DNA from: an uncultured Spirochaetota bacterium
Lineage (GTDB): Bacteria; Spirochaetota; Spirochaetia; SZUA-6; CAVTHK01
Assembly (NCBI GenBank): GCA_963734495.1
Contig: CAVTHK010000011.1
Coordinates: 288,001-352,000, forward strand
DNA length: 64,000 nt
Direction of reading: 5' to 3'
Both the position numbers and the translations under genes were made by a program. The stretch's first letter is position 1, and every line of letters starts with the position of its first letter. Positions 48,725-57,668 of this stretch are shown in pieces. The notes under the pieces were generated by a model. The model ran no database searches. It was not told the origin of the DNA and was given only the letters and a program-made list of their open reading frames with translations.

Positions 48725-49951
48725 TCACCGCGGCTGCGGGTCGCCGCGGAGCTCCGCGCCGTCGCGGAGCACGAGGCTGCGGCGCGGTGAGGTGCGCAGC
48801 GCTTCGAGCGCGCTCGGCGCGTCCACCAGCACGAGGCTGGCGCGCGAACCGGCGGCGAGGCCGTAGCCGGGCAGTCCGAGGACGCGCGCGGGGTTGACGG
48901 TGACCGTGTCGAGCATCGCGCGCAGCTCGTCGAGGCCCATCATGTGGCCCACGTGGGCCCCCATCTTCGCGACCTCGATCATGTCGGCGTTGCCGAGGGG
49001 GTACCACGGGTCCTCGTTGCAGTCCTGACCGCAGGCGACGCAGACGCCGGCCCCCATCAGCTCGCGGATCGGCGCCATGGACCGCGGCGCGGGATGATGG
49101 AAGCGGCCGCCGAGGTGGATGTTGATCAGCGGGTTGGCGATCACGTTCAGGCCCGCCTCCGCGATGAGGGGGATCAGCTTCCGGCTCACGTAGTAGGGGT
49201 CCATCATCGCCATCGAGGTCACGTGCGAGGCCGTGACTCTGCCCTGGAGGCCGAGGCGGATGGTCTCCGCGGCCAGGTGCTCGACGTGTCTCGACGTCGG
49301 GTCGTCGCTCTCGTCGCAGTGCATGTCGACCGGGAGGCCGCGCCCGGCCGCCAGCTCCAGGAGCAGGGTCACGCTGCGGCGGCCCAGCTCCGCGGAGCGC
49401 TCGTGGTGCGGGATTCCGCCGACGACGTCGACGCCGAGGTCCAGCGCTCTCTCGAGCTGGGGCAGCACGTCCGCGTCGTGGTAGAGCCCGTCCTGAGGGA
49501 AAGCCACGAGCTGGATGTCGATCCTGCCGCGGAGCTCCTCGCGGACGCCGACGAGGGCGCGCACGCCGCGGAGCTCCGGATCGCAGACGTCGACGTGCGA
49601 GCGGATCGCCTGGATGCCCATGGCGAGGGCGCGTTCGCAGTACTCGAGGGCGCGCGCGCGCACGTCCTCGACGGTGAGACGGCTGCGCTTGTACTCCCGC
49701 CAGTTGTCGATGCCTTCCCTGAGCGTGCCCGAGCGGTTGGGGACGCGCGTCAGCACCGAGTCGAGGTGGAAATGCGCGTCGACAAACGGGGGAAGCGCGA
49801 GCCGGCCCGCGGCGTCGACCTTGCGCTGCGCGGGAGCGGCGATCCGGGGCGCGACCTCCGCGATCGTCCCGCCGCGGATCGCGATGTCACGCGGCCCATC
49901 GGTGTCGAGGAGCGAGGCGCCCGTGATCAGGAGGTCGAGCACGCCTCGCAT
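48725..49951 (-). CDS. codA: Cytosine deaminase-like amidohydrolase (start possibly GTG at 49942)
   Basis: PFVDAHFHLD, GTL.EGI, QLVAFPQDG, GGIPH, HCDE, GQD..DPWYPLG. Confidence 0.88.
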   Translation of the reverse strand: MRGVLDLLITGASLLDTDGPRDIAIRGGTIAEVAPRIAAPAQRKVDAAGRLALPPFVDAHFHLDSVLTRVPNRSGTLREGIDNWREYKRSRLTVEDVRARALEYCERALAMGIQAIRSHVDVCDPELRGVRALVGVREELRGRIDIQLVAFPQDGLYHDADVLPQLERALDLGVDVVGGIPHHERSAELGRRSVTLLLELAAGRGLPVDMHCDESDDPTSRHVEHLAAETIRLGLQGRVTASHVTSMAMMDPYYVSRKLIPLIAEAGLNVIANPLINIHLGGRFHHPAPRSMAPIRELMGAGVCVACGQDCNEDPWYPLGNADMIEVAKMGAHVGHMMGLDELRAMLDTVTVNPARVLGLPGYGLAAGSRASLVLVDAPSALEALRTSPRRSLVLRDGAELRGDPQPR

Positions 49952-50049
49952 CCTACCACACGCGCGATCGGACCGCACCTGCCGGCGCCCCCCGGGAGGG
50001 CCGCCGCGCCGCCCGCGGGGCCGCCTGCGTCGCCATCGCCGGGCCGCAC

Positions 50050-50083
50050 GCGGGCTGGAAAGAACGGCGGGCTGGAAAGAACG
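50050..50083. repeat. Perfect tandem duplication, 2 x 17 bp
   Basis: GCGGGCTGGAAAGAACG twice, in the divergent region between codA and the PRTase gene. Confidence 0.9.
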
Positions 50084-50107
50084 CCTCGCCCGTGCTAACA
50101 CTGCCGC

Positions 50108-51283
50108 ATGGCTCCCAAAGCTGCGGAGAGGCTGGTCCGCCGTTTCAAGGACGAAGCCGTCGGAGTCTACCTGATCGAGCCCCCGCTCGAGGACGCCGAC
50201 CTTCACCGTTACGTGGTCTCGACGAGGGACACTCGGGACCTGATGAACCACCCCGAGATCATCAACTGCGACTTCACGCTCCTGATGGAGAACGGCGTCA
50301 CCAACATGCTCAAGGGGCTGAACATGCTGGAAAAGCTGAGCACGATCGCCTCCAAGACGGTCAACGTCTACCACATCCTCCGCGGCGGCCTGAACTTCGG
50401 CGTGCGGGAGGCGCTGCGCAAGGCGTTCGGGTACAAGTGGCACTCCAGCTCCTACATCTCGAGCCAGCGCGTGCTCAAGGAAGGGCGCTTCGAGATCAGC
50501 CAGGACACGTACCGCAAGTTCCTCGTGCCGAACAACGCGACCGTCTACTTCGGCGACATTGTCGCCTCCGGCATCTCGCTGGACAACGGCGTGCACTACC
50601 TCGCCTCGTACATGGAAAGGAACAACCTCGAGCTCCGCAACATGGTCTTTGTCACCATCGGCTGCGTCGAGGCCGAGCGCGTGCTGGCAAAGTGGCACCG
50701 CGAGTTCAAGGCGCGCTTCCCCCGCTACGAGCGCACGATCCTGGTCTATCTCGAGGGACGGTTCGCCCTGGCAGGCGATGACACGCCGCTCGTGAACAAG
50801 CTCAAGGACACCGACCTGCTGAAGAGCTGGAAGCTCGGCGCGCTCCTCTCGCCGGAGTTCGAAGGGTCGCAGTTCGGACGCATGATCGTCGGCCTCGAGG
50901 CCTGCGCGATCTACGACGGCGGCAAGAAGAGCTTCGAGCCGGTCAACCACATCCGCGACGTGCTGGAGTTCTGGGAAAAGCAGCTCGCCGCGGCCGAGCG
51001 AAGCGGCATGACGCTCTGGGGCGAGTACAACGCGCGCTTCCCGCTCGACATGTACTTCGCTGACATCGCCTCGCTCGCGGAGGGCGGCGCGGAGACGCTC
51101 GCGCGCGGCAAGGCGCCGCTGTGGCAGGGCCTGGAGCCGGACGAGTTCCGCAGGCTGCACGCCCAGTTCAGGCGGCTCTGGAGCCCCGACAGGATCCGCG
51201 CGGCGCAGCAGCCCGGAAGCCTGGCCCAGGTCTGCACGAAGAAGATCAGCTACCTCAAGAGCCTCGTCGCCGACGGAGAGTGA
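50108..51283 (+). CDS. Atypical type I phosphoribosyltransferase (UPRT-like)
   Basis: HILRGGLNF resembles UPRT ILRAG; YFGDIVASGISL resembles the PRPP-binding loop. Confidence 0.6.
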   Translation: MAPKAAERLVRRFKDEAVGVYLIEPPLEDADLHRYVVSTRDTRDLMNHPEIINCDFTLLMENGVTNMLKGLNMLEKLSTIASKTVNVYHILRGGLNFGVREALRKAFGYKWHSSSYISSQRVLKEGRFEISQDTYRKFLVPNNATVYFGDIVASGISLDNGVHYLASYMERNNLELRNMVFVTIGCVEAERVLAKWHREFKARFPRYERTILVYLEGRFALAGDDTPLVNKLKDTDLLKSWKLGALLSPEFEGSQFGRMIVGLEACAIYDGGKKSFEPVNHIRDVLEFWEKQLAAAERSGMTLWGEYNARFPLDMYFADIASLAEGGAETLARGKAPLWQGLEPDEFRRLHAQFRRLWSPDRIRAAQQPGSLAQVCTKKISYLKSLVADGE

Positions 51284-52203
51284 GGATCGTGGGCCGCACC
51301 TGGGACATCCTCGGCGCCGGCGCGGTCACCGTCGACGACCTGCTGTACGTGGACGAGTACCCGGCCGCGGAAAGCAAGATCAGGGTCAAGGCAAGCGACC
51401 GGCAGGTCGGCGGGCTCACGGCCACGGCCCTGGTCGCGGCCGCGCGCCTGGGCGCCCGCTGCGCCTTTGCCGGCGTGCTCGGACGCGACGAGCTCTCCGA
51501 GCTGGTCATGTCGCGGCTCTCGGCCGAAGGGATCGACCTTGCCGGCGTCGTCCGCCGCGACGCTGCGCGGCCGAGACACTCGACGATCATCGTCGACCTC
51601 TCGCGCAACACGCGCACGGTCCTGGTCGACACGGGCGGCATCGACGAGGACCCCGGCGTTCCGGGCGAGGCGGCGGTGTCGGCGGCGGCCGTCCTCTTTC
51701 TCGACCACACGCACGGCGCGCGGATGCTGCGCCTGGCGCGCGCCGCGCGGGAGAGGGGAGTGCCCACGGTGGCCGACTTCGAGCGCGACACCCTGCCGGA
51801 GCTCCGCGAGCTGATCGAGCTGACGGACCACCTCATCCTCCCCTGGTCTCTCGCCCGCGTCCTCACGGGCGCGAACGAGCCGGCGCACGCGGTGGAGCGG
51901 CTGCAGGCCGCGCGGCGCGCGGCGGTCGTCGTGACGCGCGGCGAGCAGGGCGCGTGGTACCTGGCCGCCGGCGCGGCAGGCGTCGCGCACCAGCCCGCCT
52001 TTCGCGTGCCGGTGGTGGACACGACCGGCTGCGGCGACGTGTTCCACGGCGCCTACGCCGCGGCGCTGGCCGAGGGCCTCGCCGCGGCCGATCGCGTGCG
52101 CCTCGCCTCGGCAGCCGCCGCGCTCAAGGCGATGCGCCGCGGGGGGCAGGCCGGCATACCGACCGGCGCCGAAGTGCGCGCGTTTCTCGCCGGGCGCGCC
52201 TGA
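51280..52203 (+). CDS. PfkB-family carbohydrate kinase
   Basis: GG...TA..AAARLG, VTRGEQG, VDTTGCGDVFHG. Confidence 0.93.
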   Translation: MRIVGRTWDILGAGAVTVDDLLYVDEYPAAESKIRVKASDRQVGGLTATALVAAARLGARCAFAGVLGRDELSELVMSRLSAEGIDLAGVVRRDAARPRHSTIIVDLSRNTRTVLVDTGGIDEDPGVPGEAAVSAAAVLFLDHTHGARMLRLARAARERGVPTVADFERDTLPELRELIELTDHLILPWSLARVLTGANEPAHAVERLQAARRAAVVVTRGEQGAWYLAAGAAGVAHQPAFRVPVVDTTGCGDVFHGAYAAALAEGLAAADRVRLASAAAALKAMRRGGQAGIPTGAEVRAFLAGRA

Positions 52204-52289
52204 TTTCGGTCCCGTCGGCCAAGCTGAGCAATTCTGTCATAAAAGAACTCAGTCCGCGGCGATTGCATGCAAAGGGATTGCGCAGCTCT

Positions 52290-52315
52290 TCGACATCTTG
52301 ATATAACTATGTCGA
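52290..52315. promoter_or_regulatory. Candidate ArsR operator
   Basis: TCGACAT-CTTGATATAACT-ATGTCGA inverted repeat in an AT-rich patch upstream of arsR. Confidence 0.65.
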
Positions 52316-52377
52316 GATCTGCCTGCGCCGCGGCGCGGGCGGTCTCGCGACGCGGGATGCCGCGAAAGGCGGAAGCG

Positions 52378-52743
52378 ATGCAGCACGAGCTCGAGGGACG
52401 GCTCGCCGCAGACAGGCAGAAAGCGGCCTCCGTCTCGGAGACGCTCCGGGCGCTCGCGCACCCGGTGCGGCTGCGCGCGGTCGCGATCCTGTGCGAGGGC
52501 GACGAGTGCGTGAGCGGGCTCGCCCGCAGGCTCGGCCTCAAGCAGGCGATCGTCTCGCAGCAGCTCCGCATCCTGCGCATGTCGCGGCTCGTCGCCACGA
52601 GCCGCGACGGGGGCTTTGTGCGCTACACGCTGGCGGAGCCGCGGCTCCGCCAGCTGGTTCGCTGCTTCGAGGGGTGCAGGGCGGCCGGCGAGGTCACCGC
52701 CCGCGCCCCGCGCATCGCGCGCAAGAGAGGAGTCGACAGGTGA
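52378..52743 (+). CDS. ArsR/SmtB-family repressor (BigR/SqrR-like Cys pattern)
   Basis: LRALAHPVRL, VSQQLRILR, R.G..V.Y.L; Cys in ILCEGDEC and CFEGC. Confidence 0.88.
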   Translation: MQHELEGRLAADRQKAASVSETLRALAHPVRLRAVAILCEGDECVSGLARRLGLKQAIVSQQLRILRMSRLVATSRDGGFVRYTLAEPRLRQLVRCFEGCRAAGEVTARAPRIARKRGVDR

Positions 52744-53276
52744 ACGTCGAACAGGAGCTCGCGGGGCTCAAGGAGAGGGTGGAAGCGCTGCCCGGCAAGG
52801 AGCACAAGCTCTCGATGGTCGTGTTCTCGGGCGAGCTGGACAAGCAGCTCGCCGCCATGATCATCGCCACGGGCGCGGCCGCCATGGGTATGAAGGTCGT
52901 GCTGTTCTTCACCTTCTGGGCGACCGCGGCGCTGCGCGATCCGGCGAAGCACGTGAACGGCAAGTCCTTCATGGGCCGGATGTTCGGCCTGATGCTGCCC
53001 AGGGGCAAGGGACGGCTCAAGCTCTCGCAGATGCACATGGCGGGCGCGGGCACGGCGATGCTCAAGGCTCTCATGGTGAGCAAGCGCGTCGCCAGCCTCG
53101 ATCAGCTCTTCGAGATCGCGGCCCAGATCGGGGTCGAGATCAAGATCTGCGAGATGTCGATGAGCCTCATGGGGTTCAAGCGGGACGAGATGATCGACTA
53201 CCCGAATCTCGAGGTCTGCGGGGTGGCGACGTTCCTCGCGAACGCCGGCGAGTCGTCGGTGCAGCTGTTCATATAG
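52740..53276 (+). CDS. DsrE/DsrF/DrsH-like (DsrE2-type) sulfurtransferase
   Basis: VFSGELDK, GAAAMG, FFTFW, CEMSM..MG, GVATFL. Confidence 0.9.
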   Translation: MNVEQELAGLKERVEALPGKEHKLSMVVFSGELDKQLAAMIIATGAAAMGMKVVLFFTFWATAALRDPAKHVNGKSFMGRMFGLMLPRGKGRLKLSQMHMAGAGTAMLKALMVSKRVASLDQLFEIAAQIGVEIKICEMSMSLMGFKRDEMIDYPNLEVCGVATFLANAGESSVQLFI

Positions 53277-53287
53277 GAGGTCGAGCG

Positions 53288-53527
53288 ATGGCGGACTACA
53301 CGGTGACGAAGACCCTGGACTTCAAAGGCCTGCCCTGCCCGATCCCGGTCGTCAAGATCAGCCAGGAGATCGGCAAGATCGCCGTCGGCCAGGTGGTCGA
53401 GGTGCTCACCACCGACCCCGGCTCGCTCGCCGACTTTCCGGCATGGGCGAAGACCACGGGCCACGCGGTGCTGGAGACGAAGCAGGAGCCGGGCCTCATC
53501 CGCATCTTCGTGAAGCGGCAGAAATAG
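53288..53527 (+). CDS. tusA: TusA-family sulfur carrier
   Basis: LDFKGLPCPIP (CPxP), TDPGS..DFPAW; AGGAGG RBS. Confidence 0.92.
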   Translation: MADYTVTKTLDFKGLPCPIPVVKISQEIGKIAVGQVVEVLTTDPGSLADFPAWAKTTGHAVLETKQEPGLIRIFVKRQK

Positions 53528-53529
53528 CC

Positions 53530-54351
53530 ATGCCCGATCAGCCGAACGTTCTCAGCGCCGCGACGGCCGCCGCCAGGCCCGCGGTGGAGGCGGTGTCCTC
53601 GGCGTCCAAGGCGATCGCGGGGGGATGGCTGGGGCCGGCGCTGGAGAATCTCTACTACTTCATCATGGTCCCGATGGTCTACCTGGCGATCGTCGCGCTG
53701 GTCGCCGGAGTGGCCGCGCGGATCGCGGTGATCGTCCGCGCGCCGGTCCACCCGTACCCCCTGCGGCTCTACCCCGCGGCCAGGGCCCCCGGGCTCGCGG
53801 CCCTGCGCGACACGTTCGCGATGACGCAGGTGCGGAAGCACAAGCCGGGGTTCTGGGCGTTCCTCATGATCTACCACGTCGCGTTCGCTCTGCTGATCCT
53901 CGGCCACCTCGACATCTTTTCCGGCATCAGCCTGCTGCCCGAGGGCTCGAAGCACATGCTCGGCGCGGGCGCCGTCGGCGTGGCCGTCACCCTGTCGCTG
54001 CTCGCGTTTCTCGTGCGCCGTTTCCGCAGCCCCGAGCGGGAGATCTCCACTCCGGGAGATTACCTCGTTCTCCTGCTCCTCCTTTTCATCTTCCTGCTCG
54101 GCGACGCCATCAGCTGGTCGAACTCGTGGGGGCCCCACGGCTTCGTCATCACCAAGGCGGACTTCGCGAAGTACTTCGACGGCCTGGCGAGCTTGAGCTT
54201 CCGCAACCCGAGGGAAGTCCTGCCCGGGTCGCACTATCACTTCATCGTGCTCCACGTGCTCCTCGCGAACCTCTTCCTCATCACGCTTCCGTTCACCAAG
54301 ATCATGCACACGTTCCTCGCCCTGCCGATCAACAGCCTGAGGAGGCGGTAG
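53530..54351 (+). CDS. NarI/DsrM/TmcC-like membrane cytochrome b
   Basis: TM helices with candidate haem His pairs (YH..LGH; LH..PFTKIMH) and RR..REISTPGDY. Confidence 0.82.
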   Translation: MPDQPNVLSAATAAARPAVEAVSSASKAIAGGWLGPALENLYYFIMVPMVYLAIVALVAGVAARIAVIVRAPVHPYPLRLYPAARAPGLAALRDTFAMTQVRKHKPGFWAFLMIYHVAFALLILGHLDIFSGISLLPEGSKHMLGAGAVGVAVTLSLLAFLVRRFRSPEREISTPGDYLVLLLLLFIFLLGDAISWSNSWGPHGFVITKADFAKYFDGLASLSFRNPREVLPGSHYHFIVLHVLLANLFLITLPFTKIMHTFLALPINSLRRR

Positions 54352-54391
54352 GAATGGACCGGGCGATACCGCGCGAGGGGAGGCACTAGCC

Positions 54392-55666
54392 GTGGACAAG
54401 GCGACACAGGGCAAATTGAAGGAGCTCTTCGCGTCCAAGCTGAACGGCGCGATGCGCCTGTACCTCGAGACCTGCGCCCGCTGCGGCGTCTGCGTCGAAG
54501 CCTGCCACGTCTACGCCTCGATGCCCGAGATCAAGCACACCGCCGTCGGCCGCGCCGAGGTGGTGCGGAAGCTGTTCCGCCGTTACTTCAAGCTGCAGGG
54601 CAGGGTCGCGCCGTGGCTCGGCGAGGTGATCGAGCTCGACGACGCGGCCGTGGACAAGGTCTACGACGCCGCCTACACGTGCACCGGCTGCCGCCGCTGC
54701 ATGACGTACTGCCCTTTCGGGATCGACACGCAGATGATCCAGTCGATCGCGAAGCTCCTGCTGATCGGCGCCGACCGCGAGCCCAAGCTGCTGTCCATGC
54801 TCGCCGACATGTCGATCGCCAAGGGCGAGACCGTCGGCGAGACGCGGGCGAGCTTCGAGGAGGCGGTGCGCAACCTCGGGCCCGAGGTGCGGGCTCTGTG
54901 GCCCGAGCCGAGCCGCCCGGGCGAGCCGCTTATCCCGGTGAATGCCGCGGGCGCCGACGTGCTCTACGTGGCGCTGGCGGGCAAGCACTCGATCGTGCCG
55001 GCCGCCGCGATCATGAACGCGGCGGGCGAAAGGTGGTCGCTGTCGTACTTCGAGGCCGTGAACTTCGGCGCCTTCGTGGGGGATTCGGAGAAGGCGCAGG
55101 CCATCGGGCAGCGGATCGTCGAGGAGGCCGAGCGGCTCGGGGTCAAGGAAGTGGCGATCGTCGAGTGCGGCACCGCGTTCCGATTCATGAAGTATATGAC
55201 CGGCAGCCATCCCTTCAAGGTGGTGGCCTTTGTCGAGCTCATCGCGCGCTACCTCCGCGAGGGCCGCATCCGCCTCGACCGCACGAAGGTTCACGGCAGG
55301 ATCACCTACCACGACCCGTGCCAGATCGCCCGCAACGGAGGCGTGATCGAGGAGCCCCGGCAGGTGATCAGGGCGCTCACGGGCAACTTTGCCGAGCTCC
55401 ACCCCAACCGCGAGGACAACTGGTGCTGCGGAGGCGGCGGCGGTCTCGTCGCGATGGGAGAGAAAGAGTTCCGGATGAAGTCGGCGCGCGTCAAGGCCGA
55501 CCAGATCCGGGCGAGCAACGCCAACATCGTCTGCACGGCCTGCGAGAACTGCCACACGCAGCTCACGGACATCAACGAGCACTACGGGCTCGGCATGAAG
55601 GTGGAGTTCCTGTCGAAGCTGGTGGCGGACGCGCTGCTGCCTCGGGAGACGGCGGAAACGAAATAG
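54392..55666 (+). CDS. DsrK/TmcB/HdrD-like Fe-S protein with CCG domain
   Basis: CARCGVCVEAC, CTGCRRCMTYCPFGID, YHDPC, CCGGGGG, TACENC. Confidence 0.9.
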   Translation: MDKATQGKLKELFASKLNGAMRLYLETCARCGVCVEACHVYASMPEIKHTAVGRAEVVRKLFRRYFKLQGRVAPWLGEVIELDDAAVDKVYDAAYTCTGCRRCMTYCPFGIDTQMIQSIAKLLLIGADREPKLLSMLADMSIAKGETVGETRASFEEAVRNLGPEVRALWPEPSRPGEPLIPVNAAGADVLYVALAGKHSIVPAAAIMNAAGERWSLSYFEAVNFGAFVGDSEKAQAIGQRIVEEAERLGVKEVAIVECGTAFRFMKYMTGSHPFKVVAFVELIARYLREGRIRLDRTKVHGRITYHDPCQIARNGGVIEEPRQVIRALTGNFAELHPNREDNWCCGGGGGLVAMGEKEFRMKSARVKADQIRASNANIVCTACENCHTQLTDINEHYGLGMKVEFLSKLVADALLPRETAETK

Positions 55667-55697
55667 CGGCGCCCCGCCGCTTTCGACGGGGCGCCGC
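55666..55697. terminator. GC-rich hairpin between convergent genes
   Basis: 11-bp stem GCGGCGCCCCG/CGGGGCGCCGC. Confidence 0.55.
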
Positions 55698-55718
55698 CGG
55701 GGGTACGGGGCCGGGCGC

Positions 55719-56339
55719 TCAGTCGACGTGGCCCCCGGCCGCGGCCTCGCCGTGCGCGCCGCCTGCCGCGGCCGCCTCGTAGAGGCGCTCGACCCAGTGC
55801 ACGTACTCCACGTAGGACTCGATCGCCTCCCTGCCGGCCGCGACGTCGCTCGCGGCGAACGCCTTCTTCTCCACGGCCTCCCCGAACTGGCGGTGCAGCC
55901 CGTCGCGCACGGCGTCGAGCAGGAGCGCCTCGAGCGCCTCGGGCTTGCCGTTCTCGAGGGCGCGGTCAGCCGCGGGAATCGCGGGCCCGAGGTCGCGGCC
56001 CGCGGGCTTGAGGCCGGTGTACGGGGCGCCTTCGCCCGCGCGGTGCAGCCGCACGAGCGTCTCGAAGAAGTAGTTGTCCGCGAGCTCGCGGCCTTCCGGG
56101 CTGGCCTTGCGCACGGCCAGCGTCTTCGCGAACGCCTGCCGCAGCTCAGGCTCCTGATCCTTCTGCACCCAGATCAGGACTCGGTTGACGTCCCTGGTCT
56201 CGAGGGCCGCCTTGCCGGCGGTCACGACGGGGCCGTCCACGCCGTCGCAGTGCGCGAACGCCTTGGGGCTGCCCAGGAACAGGAACGCGGACGCGGCCAG
56301 CACGGTGAGGGTGAGCGGAGCCAGGCTTCTCGTCTTCAT
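55719..56339 (-). CDS. Secreted DUF6448-like protein
   Basis: Signal peptide ending AFA, then HCDGVDGPVV, FFETLVRLHRAGEGAPYTGLKP. Confidence 0.75.
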   Translation of the reverse strand: MKTRSLAPLTLTVLAASAFLFLGSPKAFAHCDGVDGPVVTAGKAALETRDVNRVLIWVQKDQEPELRQAFAKTLAVRKASPEGRELADNYFFETLVRLHRAGEGAPYTGLKPAGRDLGPAIPAADRALENGKPEALEALLLDAVRDGLHRQFGEAVEKKAFAASDVAAGREAIESYVEYVHWVERLYEAAAAGGAHGEAAAGGHVD

Positions 56340-56478
56340 CTTTCTTCCTCCACTTGGGTTTTGGACGATCGCGGCGAGGATCGTCTCGTGGAAGCTATGG
56401 AGGAAGCGGAAGAGCGAACATGATCCAGATCAGATTGCCGCAGCGCGGCGTCAGTGCCTTCGCGCCGGGGTCCGCCCC

Positions 56479-56507
56479 TTGACCGCCGAATTCCCCCGGC
56501 TTAGGAT
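56479..56507 (+). promoter_or_regulatory. Sigma70-type promoter
   Basis: TTGACC-N17-TAGGAT. Confidence 0.65.
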
Positions 56508-56537
56508 GCGTCATTCCCCTCCACCGAGGAGCTTCAG

Positions 56538-57566
56538 ATGCGCGTGATGATCGTCGCCGACCGTCTCATTACGGCCGAGGTCTGGATGGAGCACCTCGAC
56601 AGGTCCGTCGGGAGCGGCGGCCTCGACATCGGCGTCCTCGACACCGCGTGGCCCGACGAGCCGTTCGTGAGCAGTGCCGAGATCTCGGAGTACCTCGGAT
56701 CCGAGGATGAGATCGCGGCGCGCGTCGGCGAGGCCGAGGTCATCCTCACCCATCACGGGCCCGTGTCGAAGAGGGTCCTCGACGCCGCGCCGGCGCTCAG
56801 GCTCATCGGCTGCTGCCGGACGGGCCCGACCAACGTCAACATCGCCGAAGCGACGCGCCGGCGCATCCCCGTCCTGTACTCTCCGGGCCACAACAGCCCG
56901 GCGGTGGCTGAGTTCACCGTGGGCCTGATGCTCGCCATGATCAAGAGGCTGCCTTCGGCGGACCGCTACCTCAAGCAGGGGATCTGGCGCGGCGACTACT
57001 ACCGCTACGACGTGGCGAACATGAGCCTCTCCCAGATGACGGTAGGGCTGATCGGCTTCGGCGCCATCGGGCGGCTGGTCTCGGATCTCGTCAAGCGCTT
57101 CGGGTCGCGCGTGGTGGTCCATGACCCGTTCGTGGCAGCCTCGCCGGACGCGGAGCTCGTCCCCTTGAACGATCTGCTGGCCCGGGCGGACATCGTCTCG
57201 CTGCACGCGAGGCTCAACCCGCAGACCAAGGGCATGATGGGGGCCGACCAGTTCGCGCTGATGAAGGCCGGGAGCTTTTTTGTCAACACCGCGCGCGGAG
57301 GGCTGGTCGACTACCGGGCGCTGTACGACGCTCTCGCCAGCCGCCATCTGGCAGGGGCGGCCCTGGACTGCTTCGAGCGCGAGCCGGTCGCGGCAGGCGA
57401 CAGACTGCTCGCGCTCGAGAATGTGGTGGCGACGCCTCACATCGCGGGCGCCTCGAAGTTGACCGCCCACCGGGCCGCCGGCGCGATCGCCGAAGACCTG
57501 GCGCGCTTCCTCGCGGGCGGGCGGCCGCTGCACTGCGCGAACGAGCAGGTCCTGCCCGTCGCCTGA
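56538..57566 (+). CDS. D-2-hydroxyacid dehydrogenase family protein
   Basis: GLIGFGAIG, SLHARL, VNTARGGLVD, EP, TPHIAG. Confidence 0.93.
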   Translation: MRVMIVADRLITAEVWMEHLDRSVGSGGLDIGVLDTAWPDEPFVSSAEISEYLGSEDEIAARVGEAEVILTHHGPVSKRVLDAAPALRLIGCCRTGPTNVNIAEATRRRIPVLYSPGHNSPAVAEFTVGLMLAMIKRLPSADRYLKQGIWRGDYYRYDVANMSLSQMTVGLIGFGAIGRLVSDLVKRFGSRVVVHDPFVAASPDAELVPLNDLLARADIVSLHARLNPQTKGMMGADQFALMKAGSFFVNTARGGLVDYRALYDALASRHLAGAALDCFEREPVAAGDRLLALENVVATPHIAGASKLTAHRAAGAIAEDLARFLAGGRPLHCANEQVLPVA

Positions 57567-57668
57567 GTCGCAGGGGCTCCAGCGCGTCGGCCTGAGCCGG
57601 TGCGACTGGCGCGACTGGCGCCCGCTCGCTTGACAAGAGCGCGTCCGCTCCGCTCTGCTGGTGGGCAA

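Noticed and set aside
48725-51160. 811-aa ORF extending codA
   Set aside because: The extension is simply antisense to the PRTase gene. Deaminase homology begins near 49950.
53530-55666. Evidence of dissimilatory sulfate reduction or nitrate reductase
   Set aside because: No dsrAB, dsrC, dsrJOP or narGH is present in the window, and NarI-like/CCG pairs occur in many other contexts.
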